The translations under genes were made by a program, and so were the position numbers. 64,000 nucleotides of DNA from Guillardia theta CCMP2712. Its lineage: Eukaryota > Protista > Cryptophyta. Where the stretch lies: assembly GCF_000315625.1 (NCBI RefSeq), contig NW_005434537.1, forward strand, positions 80,631-144,630. Reading direction: 5' to 3'. This document shows, piece after piece, positions 52,601 to 62,603 of the stretch (within the stretch, counting starts at the first letter, position 1; every line of letters starts with the position of its first letter). The notes below the pieces were generated by a model. The model ran no database searches. It was not told the DNA's origin and saw only the letters and a program-made list of their open reading frames with translations.

Positions 52601-54739
52601 TCAGATCTGCTGAAAACCAGTCAACGTCGCTTCGTGTGGACTCGGTCTGCTGAGACTGCTTTTGCCGCGCTCAAGACAGCTCTTACGCAGGCTCCAGTCT
52701 TGGCTCACTTCCGTTCTGATCGGCTGACCATCCTGTACACAGACGCTAGCGACCTGGCCATTGGAGCCGCGCTTCATCAGATCGATGAAAACAACGAGGA
52801 ACATCCCGTTGCATTCTATGGCAAGAAACTCTCCTCCGCCGAACGCAATTACTCCACCTATGAGCGTGAGCTTCTTGCTCTCAAGGAAAGTCTCCGTCAT
52901 TTTTCCTACTACTTGATTGGTCGTCGCTTTCGTGTATGTACCGATCACCACAGCTTGATCAGATTGAACACCCAGTCTGAACTCTCTCCCCGCCTGGCTC
53001 GTTGGTTGTCTACCTTCCTTCAGTACGACATGGAGATCCACCACATCCCTGGCGAAACTAACGTCGTTGCTGATGCCCTCAGTCGGATCTCAGGCGACTC
53101 GCCTGCTCCATCGTTCGCTCCCCAATCACCCGCTGATCTGACTCAGGCTCATGATCGCGCTATGCGCGCTGAAGACATTGCTCGGGATCTTCTTGTTGGT
53201 CTTCATACCGTTCAGATGCTTACGGATTCCTCGTTCGTCTCCCAACTGATGCAGAACTACTCCACCTGTCCTGATTTTCAGGTTTTATACCAATTGGGCA
53301 AAGACGGTGAATTGCTCGGCCAACCGGGTTGTCGTCATTTTGAATTTTCGGATGACTTGCTCTACTATGTTGACTCTACCGGCAGGACGAGGATCTGTGT
53401 TCCTACCGCTATCCGCGCTGCTGTACTCCGCCTAGCGCATGATGATGCCGGACATGTGGGTTCTGACAAAACCTACCTCTCACTTGTTGCCAAAGTCTAC
53501 TGGAATAACATGAAGCGTGACGTCGAAAATTACGTGCATTCCTGCCTCATTTGCCAGGCTGCGAAGAACTACAAACAGAAACCCATCGGTTTGCCCAAGA
53601 GTCATGACGTTCCTGCTGACAAATTTGACGTCATCTCCGTCGATCTCCTCAGCGGACTTCCGACTACCTCCCAAGGTCATGATTCTCTCTTCGTCATGTT
53701 GGACTCGTTCTCGCAACATGTGACGCTGGCTCCAACTCACAAGTCTGCTACGACCCAGGAACTTGTGGATTTATTTCTCCAATACTTCTATCGCACTCGT
53801 GGTCTTCCTGCTGCAATCCTTTCGGATAATGGGCCAAATGTCTCCTCGCATTTTTGGGATACAGTATTTCAGACGCTAGGCGTTCAGGTACGCCACTCTT
53901 CCAAGTACTATCCCCAGGCCAATGGTCGCGTTGAACGGATCAATGCAACCATTCTGGATATGCTCCGCACTAAACTCGCTCAGGGTTCATCTGAATGGAC
54001 AGTCCATCTTCCATTCATTGAGTTTGCCCTCAATCATGCCCCCCGTCGTGAAACAGGGTTATCTGCCTTTCAAGTGGAATACGGCAAGAATCCGCGCTCA
54101 GTTATGGATTTGACCCTTGATCAGGTTCTTCCTCAAGCCCGCACGACTGTCGACAACATACGTGCAGGTGAAAACCTTGTTCGAGATACCTTGGCCTCGA
54201 TCGCCAATCGAGCAGAGACGCGTCTACTTCCTTCTCGCCGCCCGCTTCGATGGCAAGTTGGTGATTTGGTCTGGATCGACGCGCGTTTATTCAATCAGCA
54301 GTTTGAAATTCGCAAATTTCGAGATCGATACATTGGTCCTTTCCCTATCACCGAGGTTTGCAACAACAACAATTATCGAGTTGATGTTCGCCAGCGCTTC
54401 CCTCGCATGGATCAAGATGTTTTTAATGCCAAGTTCCTACGCCCCCATGTGCGCAGGAAAGATCATTTGCAACAGCCTGTGGTTTCCCAACCTGTGCCTG
54501 GATTCTACGAAGTGGCTCGCATCATCAATCATCGTCAACGTAATGGTGCGAAGCAATATCTGGTTCGTTGGAAGGGATTTTCCTCCGCCGACGACACTTG
54601 GGAACCTGTTGCCCATCTCTCGCGTACACCGGCGCTCCGTCAGTTGCTTCAGAAATATGAACAGCATCGCACGCGTCAAGATGCTTCTGCAGCTTCTCAT
54701 GGACAGCGGCAGCGGCAGCGTCGTGCGCCTCTCCATTAG
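49691..54739 (+). CDS. Gypsy gag-pol polyprotein with C-terminal chromodomain (1682 aa)
   Basis: CCHC knuckle CYNCGKLGHRSSEC, LLDSGA, YVDDLL, TDASD, HHCC plus DDE integrase, GPF, YLVRWKGF..DTWEP. Confidence 0.96.
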   Translation: MSGYNTRLAARMLDENATDTLEHDWQSAAGIDDDLRPESTEDRSLQNMSAALLEVQQRLNALEAPASSEAVPPAALKPGPPPISSRDGPQLVSLADQQLLAKLRNLPKLDTARQTSANNVLTWVQTIQYSFAVYGIPRANWVVHTLDLLDAPVRQHFVAKYPPETFRRMEWDTFSEEIREKFLPPHLLSNLIHQLDNLNQDRQESLASYAARTLTLIEQLQLLPDGKLFATSSLLCKRFINGVRSHMTALLLNQWVTLQRSDDVDFRQLREYALKIDNQTRTKDHSTGADPHRQLYSVQVGNRSSNSNDRKSRPSGKASAFKERRAARQDARSAGDSSSPNTSTNAIRCYNCGKLGHRSSECRRTRRSQSPEREQPSDSSSPPLLGAVQTSDDRKAAPSVAANKIAARSKTPKRRPQVHFAEELEDAVPLDGDALEVHLHPIALHSLGSQEHGASSGSLLYLPIVPLTSPVPATTSEILALLDSGAEISVISRQVARQLQLTTQRIPATLTAQFAHGDAKVVLRETCLLPFRIAGTNVETQETFFILDSPASLPAILSQPFIAKMKMNIDFHSKLVTIPAQDGTAGRQRLPLAFHIPGPGSAAMRQAQCLLFPWHADWNTLQPPPPEDMMPWVMATVSSPVSTSSLVSQVASSASPLAAQALQELLEDFSDVLVDELPIQSPVSRGQYDVVLRVPDDVRPIRRRPYRLPATLQEELAKTIDFLLARGIIERNNDVMWQSPVIFVRKGLSSEGVPQFRFCIDYRGVNNHLLDDSFPPPVPTELMERIGRVLSQRTESSTDTLYFSKLDMASGFWQLALTPDSSQYTGFVTEQGSYQFRALPFGLKTATAAFQKFSQGILAGMANVLVYVDDLLLFSMGNPRSHLQQVRLLLERLRHHQVFVKRSKCVFLQTQISFLGYTLNAHGIAPEASKVAAIEDFPPPASVKQLRQFLGLANFYRRFIKNFANYAAPLSDLLKTSQRRFVWTRSAETAFAALKTALTQAPVLAHFRSDRLTILYTDASDLAIGAALHQIDENNEEHPVAFYGKKLSSAERNYSTYERELLALKESLRHFSYYLIGRRFRVCTDHHSLIRLNTQSELSPRLARWLSTFLQYDMEIHHIPGETNVVADALSRISGDSPAPSFAPQSPADLTQAHDRAMRAEDIARDLLVGLHTVQMLTDSSFVSQLMQNYSTCPDFQVLYQLGKDGELLGQPGCRHFEFSDDLLYYVDSTGRTRICVPTAIRAAVLRLAHDDAGHVGSDKTYLSLVAKVYWNNMKRDVENYVHSCLICQAAKNYKQKPIGLPKSHDVPADKFDVISVDLLSGLPTTSQGHDSLFVMLDSFSQHVTLAPTHKSATTQELVDLFLQYFYRTRGLPAAILSDNGPNVSSHFWDTVFQTLGVQVRHSSKYYPQANGRVERINATILDMLRTKLAQGSSEWTVHLPFIEFALNHAPRRETGLSAFQVEYGKNPRSVMDLTLDQVLPQARTTVDNIRAGENLVRDTLASIANRAETRLLPSRRPLRWQVGDLVWIDARLFNQQFEIRKFRDRYIGPFPITEVCNNNNYRVDVRQRFPRMDQDVFNAKFLRPHVRRKDHLQQPVVSQPVPGFYEVARIINHRQRNGAKQYLVRWKGFSSADDTWEPVAHLSRTPALRQLLQKYEQHRTRQDASAASHGQRQRQRRAPLH

Positions 54740-54849
54740 GAATTTTACGTGCTGCGCCTGGAGCGTGTCAGAGGAAAAACAGATTTGACAAGCTGAGAAA
54801 GCGAAGTTTTCTGAGTCCGGAGCACTCCAAGAAAGCGCAGAGAAGAGCG

Positions 54850-55486
54850 TGTCAGAGCTCATAGGAACCGAGCCCGAGTCAGGCAAAGGCCTATCAGGAT
54901 GAAAGGACAGTTGGCTGTCTCGTACTCGTGTTCGAAGCTGACTTCTCCTGGATGACCCAGGATACTCTACTCCAGTGTGAAGCTGCTGAAAGGACCCCTG
55001 TGGAGGCCTTTGTTGCAGCAACCGTGTACCCGTGGGGGACTTACAAGGTAAACAGAAGGGGTGCGTCTTGTGCAGTACGACCCGTTGGAAGCAGCTTGCT
55101 GCCATGCAAGGACGGGGTTCTCTTCCCTGCGAGAGAGCATGGTATCCTCTCGAAGGTCAGAAGGGATGCTTGTCAACTTCCAAGAACAGGACACCCCTCC
55201 TTTCTGTAGCCAAGAGACGGCACCCCTGGCTCATTCCTCGAAGCTATAAAAGGATGAAACTCGTCAGAGCTAGGTGGTCCTCTTCCCCTTTCGTGTGTGT
55301 GTCACGATTGTTGAGACGTCTTTGTGTGTATCGTCTTGTCTTGTTTTGTGTGTGTGTGTGTGAAAGAAATAAAAGAGAGTTAGATCTCCTTCTGTTTCAC
55401 CGCTTTCCCTCTTAGTAGAGAAATCCAACGTGAGTTCTTATTGAACTGCGCTTGAAGGTCCACTCGAGAATCTTCGAGGTGTGACA
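54850..55486 (+). repeat. Gypsy 3' LTR (TGTCA...TGACA; start could alternatively be ~54766)
   Basis: Purine tract before 54850, internal tataaaa and aataaa. Confidence 0.75.
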
Positions 55487-57964
55487 GTAAGACTTTAGGG
55501 CACTCCTGGAGCCCCGTGATAACATGTGGTAGTCAGTCCCAAGAACATCATCCAAGCTAAGCAACGATATCGGGACAAGCGGGCATACGCGAACGTTGAC
55601 AATAATCTCGTCCAGACAGGTGTTAGTTGTTGGACAAACCAGTTGCAGTCGTAATTTTCCAACCTTATCACAGACGACAGTACCTCCAGCGGTAAGCACC
55701 TGAAATTCAGGTCCAGCTTGGACATCAAACAACATAGACTCTTCCTTGACCATGGAGATATTAGCACCAGAGTCCAGCAAGAACGTATGGCCTCCAGCTC
55801 CTTCTTTCTCCTTTACCTGCAATGCAATTTCCTGCAATTCCTCGATGGTAGACGTGGAATCGAGACCAAATGTGAAATTTGCTTTCCACGCTCCTTGCCG
55901 TCGATTAGCCTGTGATGCAGATTCCGTTGCATTCTGGGCCGATGAGCGTTCAAATGGATTTGCAGGAACAGAAGATTTCTTTTCTGACTCATTCCGCTGG
56001 CCGTCTGCGTCAGCCTTCTGCTGGTGACTGTGTGAACTTGAAGAAGCATTCGCTGCCATGCGTTGAGCTGCCTGAATCAACGCTTCCCCCATCTTGCGCG
56101 TGGTTTCAGCGTCCACAACTCCCCCTGACAACAAATTCTGCAAGACAGATGACGGTTGTTCACTTTCAACCCCTCGAGGGTTAAACCGCTGATTTTTGTA
56201 GTTGCCATCATTTTGATTGTAGTTGTTGTTATTGTAGTTGTGGTTGTGATTGAAATTTCCATGACCTCGACCACCCTTCCAACCTTTGCCTCCATGTCCT
56301 TTCTGTCCACCCTGACCTCTTCCATAGCCTCCTTTAAAACTTCCTCTCCCTCCATTATGGTACCCATCCTGATTCCTCCTTCCCCTGCCACGGTAACCCG
56401 TATGGTTAGGTCCGCCGTCCCCCTCGCCTCCGCGGCCAGGGAAACCACCACGGTATGAGCTAGGGTCAAACGCCGCCTGATCTTGTCCCGTCCTACCAGG
56501 TCCTGAAGGAGCTTGACCAGAAGCCTGGTAAAACGTTGGGACGTTCCCGACCGGACCTTGGATAGGAAATGGATACATAGAGGGTTGACCTTGAGCATAG
56601 AAATTGAAAAACGGGTCTTGGCTGGGAAACATGATACCTTGTGGATATGATGGAGGTATACTCCCACGAACTGGGTAATTACCATACCATTTGGGATCGA
56701 CGTGAGAATTCTCTCCCGAATCCGCTTGACCACTGTTTTCGCCTGACCCCGAGGATCTCTTCTTGCCCACTGCAACTTCTCCGACAGCCTGCGGTTCATT
56801 CGGTACCAACGGTTCACTTGCCACAGTGATATTCACCACTGACACGTCTCCCTTCGCATCCATCGCGGGCGTCACGGTCGTAGTCGTCTTGCTTCTAGTT
56901 TTTAAGATGCGCCCCCAGTGGAATATTTCGTCGAGAGAAATCTTTTCTGGTCTCATATTACTCTTCTTCCAATTTCGCAATTCTCTATTCAATGCCAATG
57001 ACTGCAACGATTCACAAGTCGATTCTTTACACCTGGCATGCAAGAGTTCAGCGATCTGGATCTCTAACGGCCCCATCCTTTGGTGTGCCCCCACAACACC
57101 TTGAATACTATCCTTGAGATTCTTAAACAGTAGCTTGATTTTGTCCACGTTCCTCCAGAAGGCTTCTTCAGACTCAAGTGGCTGTTTCGCTAGCGCTCTG
57201 AGCTGATCTCTCCCTTCGTCCTCAGTAAGCTCGATAAGCTCAGCTCCACTTCGTTGCTTTACATTCCAGCGTACCAGTGCCAAAGTTTTGAAGAATGCCA
57301 AAGGATAGTTGCCTCCTCCTGACATCTGCCACTCTATGTCGAAATCATCCTTTAGCTTAACTCGAAAATAACTGTTCGTGCTTACAAGTACCTCAGCAAT
57401 ATCTTCAAATAAGACTTCCACCTCCTGTCGATCAGCTGAGGATCTGAACAACCTCGGTGATATTTGGTACTTGTGTGGAGAGAAAACCACAGATGTATCG
57501 AGTGGATTACCCATCTCTCCATCCTCTGAAGCACCATCAATCACATCCTCGCTGGCTGCGATTGCCTCCTCGAATTTTCCTCGCAACTTCTTAAACTTCT
57601 CAAGAGCATCCTTGAATTTCTTCCCATTCTTCCAAATGTACCCAGCATGCAGAAACAACGCCGTGACCTGAATCTTCCACTCCAGCGAAGAGAATTTTTC
57701 TAGACCTTCTGGAGACGACTCCCACAGTTCATGAAATTCTCCAACAAACGATCCAGTCTCGTCAATCGGAAACAAGTCCAACAGTTTTAAGAAACAAGCC
57801 CCAAGATTCGGACGAAAACGACTCATGGCACCTGAGAAAGGAAGGAACAGGTCCTCGAGTTTTTCCTTGGAGGTAACCTTCCCATGCTTCAGCTTGTCGA
57901 CCTGAACATCACCATGGCTTCGTTTCAACTCCTCTTGCAGATCTGGCATGCTCATGATCGTCAA
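55487..57964 (-). CDS. gag: Copia gag-protease, interrupted by the gypsy insertion
   Basis: Gly/Arg/Asn-rich nucleocapsid-like region, FLLDSGAN protease motif; ORF reads into the gypsy LTR. Confidence 0.85.
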
Positions 57965-58164
57965 CTTGGAGTTACCAATACCGTTCCAAAAAAATGAGTA
58001 ACAGCGTACAGTACAACAACCAGGAGCCTTAAAGAGCCTTCAAACTCGTTGTCAATTCGACGCACAAAGACCAAGAGCCCTTTAACTCGTTGTCCTTGGA
58101 ATCTTATCGTAGAGTCTTTTTGTATTCCTTTGTTCGTGAATACAAAAAAAAAAATTTCTTTTTG

Positions 58165-58654
58165 TATTGGAATCAATTCCTGACTCCTAGAGTCTGTGCA
58201 CAGATGAATGACTAGTAGAACAGCTCAACAGCTGACTGATAAGTCCAAAGACCAAGACTCACAGATGATGTGCGCACGAAGACACCAATGACTTTCACAG
58301 CCAACCAAACACCTCAGATAACTCAGATCAACTTCCCAACAATCCCCAGCACTTTATTCCCAACACTCGTAGCAGCAAGACCAACCAAACAGCTTCCCTT
58401 CACACACCACCGCCTTACTTCCACCACTGTACGAGTGCTGCCTCTTCGACAGCCGGCGCCTCTTGATTCCTCCGGCGCCGCCTCAGCTTCCCCAGGCTCC
58501 AACCAACCGGATCTTCTAAGTCACAGACTAAGCTCCAGCCCACTAGCTTGGACCTGCAGGCTTCACTTGGTTCACAACCTGATTAGACGCATCCCTTGAA
58601 CTTATCGCGTCTGAAAGAACTTCTGAGAGGTTTGTCAGAACCTGAGTTCTTACA
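58165..58654 (-). repeat. Copia 5' LTR
   Basis: Matches 43472-43961. Confidence 0.95.
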
Positions 58655-59744
58655 TCACGGCCCCTGTCAGCCGGCTGACATGTCACGGGCCTGCTGACAC
58701 GGTCCGCTGACCGGTCACGGCCGCCCGGAGAGATCAGGCCCCCGGCCAATCTCCGGACACTTAGCCTCCTGGCGGGCCTCCAGGGGGTCTGAGGCGGGGC
58801 TGAAGGCTGCAGTCGGTCTACTGACGGGCCCGGCCGGCAGGATCCGTCGAGAAACAGGGGGGTCAAGGGAGGTTTTCTTCCCCCTGGGAGAAATTTTTGG
58901 GATCTGCGATATAAAAAAGTCTTGTCTCGGTCACGTGATGTGTCACGTGACCGGTCAGGTGAGCCTGTCAGCCGGGTCACGGACCCTGTCAGCCGGCTGA
59001 CATGTCACGGGCCTGCTGACACGGTCCGCTGACCGGTCACGGCCGCCCGGAGAGATCAGGCCCCCGGCCAATCTCCGGACACTTAGCCTCCTGGCGGGCC
59101 TCCAGGGGGTCTGAGGCGGGGCTGAAGGCTGCAGTCGGTCTACTGACGGGCCCGGCCGGCAGGATCCGTCGAGAAACAGGGGGGTCAAGGGAGGTTTTCT
59201 TCCCCCTGGGAGAAATGTCCTATGGGTTTTTGGATCTGCGATATAAAAAAGTCTTGTCTCGGTCACGTGATGTGTCACGTGACCGGTCAGGTGAGCCTGT
59301 CAGCCGGGTCACGGACCCTGTCAGCCGGCTGACATGTCACGGGCCTGCTGACACGGTCCGCTGACCGGTCACGGCCGCCCGGAGAGATCAGGCCCCCGGC
59401 CAATCTCCGGACACTTAGCCTCCTGGCGGGCCTCCAGGGGGTCTGAGGCGGGGCTGAAGGCTGCAGTCGGTCTACTGACGGGCCCGGCCGGCAGGATCCG
59501 TCGAGAAACAGGGGGGTCAAGGGAGGTTTTCTTCCCCCTGGGAGAAATTTTTGGGATCTGCGATATAAAAAAGTCTTGTCTCGGTCACGTGATGTGTCAC
59601 GTGACCGGTCAGGTGAGCCTGTCAGCCGGGTCACGGCCCCTGTCAGCCGGCTGACATGTCACGGGCCTGCTGACACGGTCCGCTGACCGGTCACGGCCGC
59701 CCGGAGAGATCAGGCCCCCGGCCAATCTCTGGACACTTAGCCTC
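58655..59744 (+). repeat. 323-bp satellite, block 3 (~3.4 units)
   Basis: Directly visible; resumes in register after the copia TSD. Confidence 0.97.
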
Positions 59745-60261
59745 GTGGTGATGCTGTAAAAGTCCGATATGGGGAGTTTTAAAATGCTCGTACCATATGG
59801 CATCATCCAGTACTACAGCGAGTACATCAGCAATCACTGACAGTACCACTGTGACTCAGGACTGGAGTGGGTCTTAGTATTGGAACTCTGAAAGTTTGGT
59901 ATCGTGATACTATGTCGCATATCGAATTAGTATGAGATATTCAATATGTTACATGTACCGGGTGCTGTACACACCTAGGTATCATGTTTAGTCAATCGAC
60001 TATCTAATCACCGGGCGTATCTTCAATACCAGTTTGGTCCCTAAAAAGAAACCAAGTTACCGTACCAATGGAGCTGCCATTTCCCTATCCAATCTCTACG
60101 CTTACGGTCGTCGTCGAGGTCGAGCGTGCCCTCCATGGGCATGCCGCCGGCGTAGTACTGCGGCTGCGGTGCGGGCATGGGTGCCAGCATGGGGTAGTTG
60201 TATGCCTGCATGCTCTGGCCGTACCCGTGCCGCGCCGCGTCTTATATCCCCTCCCGGGGCT

Positions 60262-60828
60262 TCAGTAAACCGTGGTGCGGTCGAATATGGTGCGGAGGAA
60301 GGGGGTGGCGATGCCCTGCACCGTCTCGCCGGGCGGCAGCGGCGGCGCCGAGGGCACGGGTGGGTACTCCTCCGCGGGGGCGGCGGCGGTGGGCAAGAAG
60401 AGCACCCCGCCGGGTGGCACGGGGAACACCTGCGGCTCGACGCCGGCCTGCTGCGGCCTGGGTGCCGGTGGCGGCGGGTAGTAGCCCTGCGGCGGGGGTG
60501 GGGGCCAGTAGGCCTGGGGCTGCGGGGGGTAGTGGATGATGTTGGTGTGGTGCACGGAGGCCGGGGCGGGCTGGCTCCTGCCGCGGCCCGTGACTTTGCG
60601 CAGCGTGTCCCAGAAGCCGTCGCCCGTGCGTTGGATCCTGTCCCGCATCTTGCAGGAGAGGCCGTGCAGCTCGCGCCACTCGAGGTCGGTGATGAGGTGG
60701 GGGTTGCGCAGCATGAAGAGCTGCAACGCCACGTCCTCGTGGGCCTGCTCGAGGGTCATGGGCTCGGCGGCGGAGTCCGCCAGCAGGGGGTCGGTGTTGA
60801 GCTGCAGTGGGGGTGGGTGCTGCTGCAT
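60262..60828 (-). CDS. Pro-rich hypothetical protein
   Basis: 188-aa ORF with GC3 bias and PSAPP motif. Confidence 0.6.
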   Translation of the reverse strand: MQQHPPPLQLNTDPLLADSAAEPMTLEQAHEDVALQLFMLRNPHLITDLEWRELHGLSCKMRDRIQRTGDGFWDTLRKVTGRGRSQPAPASVHHTNIIHYPPQPQAYWPPPPPQGYYPPPPAPRPQQAGVEPQVFPVPPGGVLFLPTAAAPAEEYPPVPSAPPLPPGETVQGIATPFLRTIFDRTTVY

Positions 60829-60877
60829 CGGTCTGGGGGCCGGGGCCCCCGTGGTTTCTTAAATGCGTTAACTACGA

Positions 60878-62533
60878 CTAGGACACGAGCGACTTCTTGG
60901 CGTACTCGGTGTAGCTGACGGTGAGGAACGTCATGAAGATGAGCACGTTGAGGAACGCCTGCTTGGTGGCGGTGACGTTGTGCAGCTTGAGCGCCTGGAA
61001 GTCGTTCCAGAGGTCCGGGAAGACGAACACGGCGAACAGCGACACCATCAGCACGAGCCAGTTGTACATGGCGATGTAGCTGTACTGGGTGACGTCGCTG
61101 GTCGGGGTGGCGGTGAAGCAGAGGGCGATGATGATGAACAACTGGCAGAGAGTGATGGTGTTCTTGTACCCCTGGTAGAAGCCGTCGAGGTTGTTGCTGA
61201 TAGCGCCCAGCACCATCGAGCTCTGCCTCTTCTCCGGCACGTTCTGGTTCTGCTTGTTCTGCGCCTCGATGAACGTGACGACCCTGGTCCAGTGGCAGGT
61301 CACCCAGTTGCCGGCGGCGGTGAAGAGGAGGAGCAGGAAGACCAGCAGCGCGTTGTACAGCAGGATGTCGTAGTCGGTCCAACCGCGCATGATGCAGACG
61401 GCGATGATGAGGGAGACGAATGCGGGGATGGCGAGCACGTCGGTCCAGAGCTGCTCGATCTGCCCCTGGGCGTTGAGGACGTCGGAGGCCAGGTACCGGT
61501 CGCGGATCTCCTTGTCGATGAGGAGGATGCCGGTGTCGATCTCGTGGCTGATGAGCCCGTGGATGGCGTCGAGCACGTTGGGGTAGGTGAGGTAGGGGAC
61601 GACGAAGAGTACCACCGCCGCGGCCACCATGATGAAGATGCCGACCGTCAGGCCGATCTCGGGGTTCTTGGCGTCGGTGGGCGCCCCCTTGTTCACGAGC
61701 AGGAGGGTGATCATGAGCGCGATGGTCAATCCGAGGAACACCACCACGGTGGCGATGAGCTTCCACTTGATGGCGGCGAAGAGGTTCTCGGGCGACGCCT
61801 TGGAGCTCTTCAGCATCATCACCACCAGGTCGTGCATGAAGTTGGCGATCAGGATGCAGGTGCAGGAGAGGAACAGGAAGCTGTAGACGTAGAACAGGGT
61901 GCGGTAGGCCTTGGGCTTGGCGGTGAGGTTGTGCGGCATGCTGCCCTCGTAGGTGCAGAAGTTGATCATCTTCTTGACGTCGTCCTTGCTGGGCGCCGTG
62001 GCGGTGGCGTACAGCCAGCCGTCGCCCATGGCGTTGGCCACCTGTGCGATGCAGTTGCAGCCCCCGGGGATGTACACCGGGTTGTTGCCGGAGACGACCT
62101 CGAGGGTGAGCTTGTCGGTGGACTTGGGCACGCGGCCGGTGGTGATGTACTGGTCGCACTTGGACCAGGCCCAGAGCGTCCGCACGTTGTCCTTCTTGGT
62201 CCCCGTGGCGTTGGTGAAGCCCTTGAGCACGTCGCCAAAGGTCTGGTACTCGTCCCAGGGGTCGATGGAGTAGGTGATGATGTTCATTGGGATCTTGCTC
62301 TGCCCGTACGACCGGGTGATGGTCACGCAGCAGGCCCCGAAGGTGAGGAAGAAGAGTATCACGGCGATCACCGAGTTGGCGATCTTGGCGGTGTTCTTGT
62401 ACGAGATGAGGCTGTACGACTGGACGTAGTCGACCGCCTTCTGCTGGTCGGCGGGGACATAGTGGTTGCCCAGGGGCTGCGGCGCGTACTGTATGGTGTT
62501 CGGGTAGAAGCTCTTCTTGTTCACGACCACCAT
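60878..62533 (-). CDS. Polytopic membrane protein (551 aa)
   Basis: Starts MVVVNKKS; about 8 hydrophobic helices, Cys-containing loop; extreme GC3 bias. Confidence 0.8.
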   Translation of the reverse strand: MVVVNKKSFYPNTIQYAPQPLGNHYVPADQQKAVDYVQSYSLISYKNTAKIANSVIAVILFFLTFGACCVTITRSYGQSKIPMNIITYSIDPWDEYQTFGDVLKGFTNATGTKKDNVRTLWAWSKCDQYITTGRVPKSTDKLTLEVVSGNNPVYIPGGCNCIAQVANAMGDGWLYATATAPSKDDVKKMINFCTYEGSMPHNLTAKPKAYRTLFYVYSFLFLSCTCILIANFMHDLVVMMLKSSKASPENLFAAIKWKLIATVVVFLGLTIALMITLLLVNKGAPTDAKNPEIGLTVGIFIMVAAAVVLFVVPYLTYPNVLDAIHGLISHEIDTGILLIDKEIRDRYLASDVLNAQGQIEQLWTDVLAIPAFVSLIIAVCIMRGWTDYDILLYNALLVFLLLLFTAAGNWVTCHWTRVVTFIEAQNKQNQNVPEKRQSSMVLGAISNNLDGFYQGYKNTITLCQLFIIIALCFTATPTSDVTQYSYIAMYNWLVLMVSLFAVFVFPDLWNDFQALKLHNVTATKQAFLNVLIFMTFLTVSYTEYAKKSLVS

Positions 62534-62603
62534 TCGCGAACCCTTTGCCCGCACTTGGGCCCCGCGGTCTTTAATACGATACGGAAAGAATGGGATGACC
62601 GGC

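Larger units (their letters stand above)
49331..55486 (+). mobile_element. Ty3/gypsy chromovirus-type retrotransposon nested in the copia pol, with a rearranged 5' LTR
   Basis: Intact polyprotein; LTR remnant 49403-49585 matches 55304-55486; PBS-like tggtagca near 49591. Confidence 0.93.
43472..58654 (-). mobile_element. Ty1/copia LTR retrotransposon, 5-bp TSD tcacg, disrupted by a nested gypsy element
   Basis: 490-bp LTRs, gag-PR-IN-RT-RH domain order, PPT gggaggg, TSD at 43467-43471 and 58655-58659. Confidence 0.93.

Noticed and set aside
37994-59806. Recurrent 70-150 aa ORFs (MTHHVTETR..., MTRLTGSPDR...)
   Set aside because: Translations of the GC-rich satellite; frames vary between units through indels
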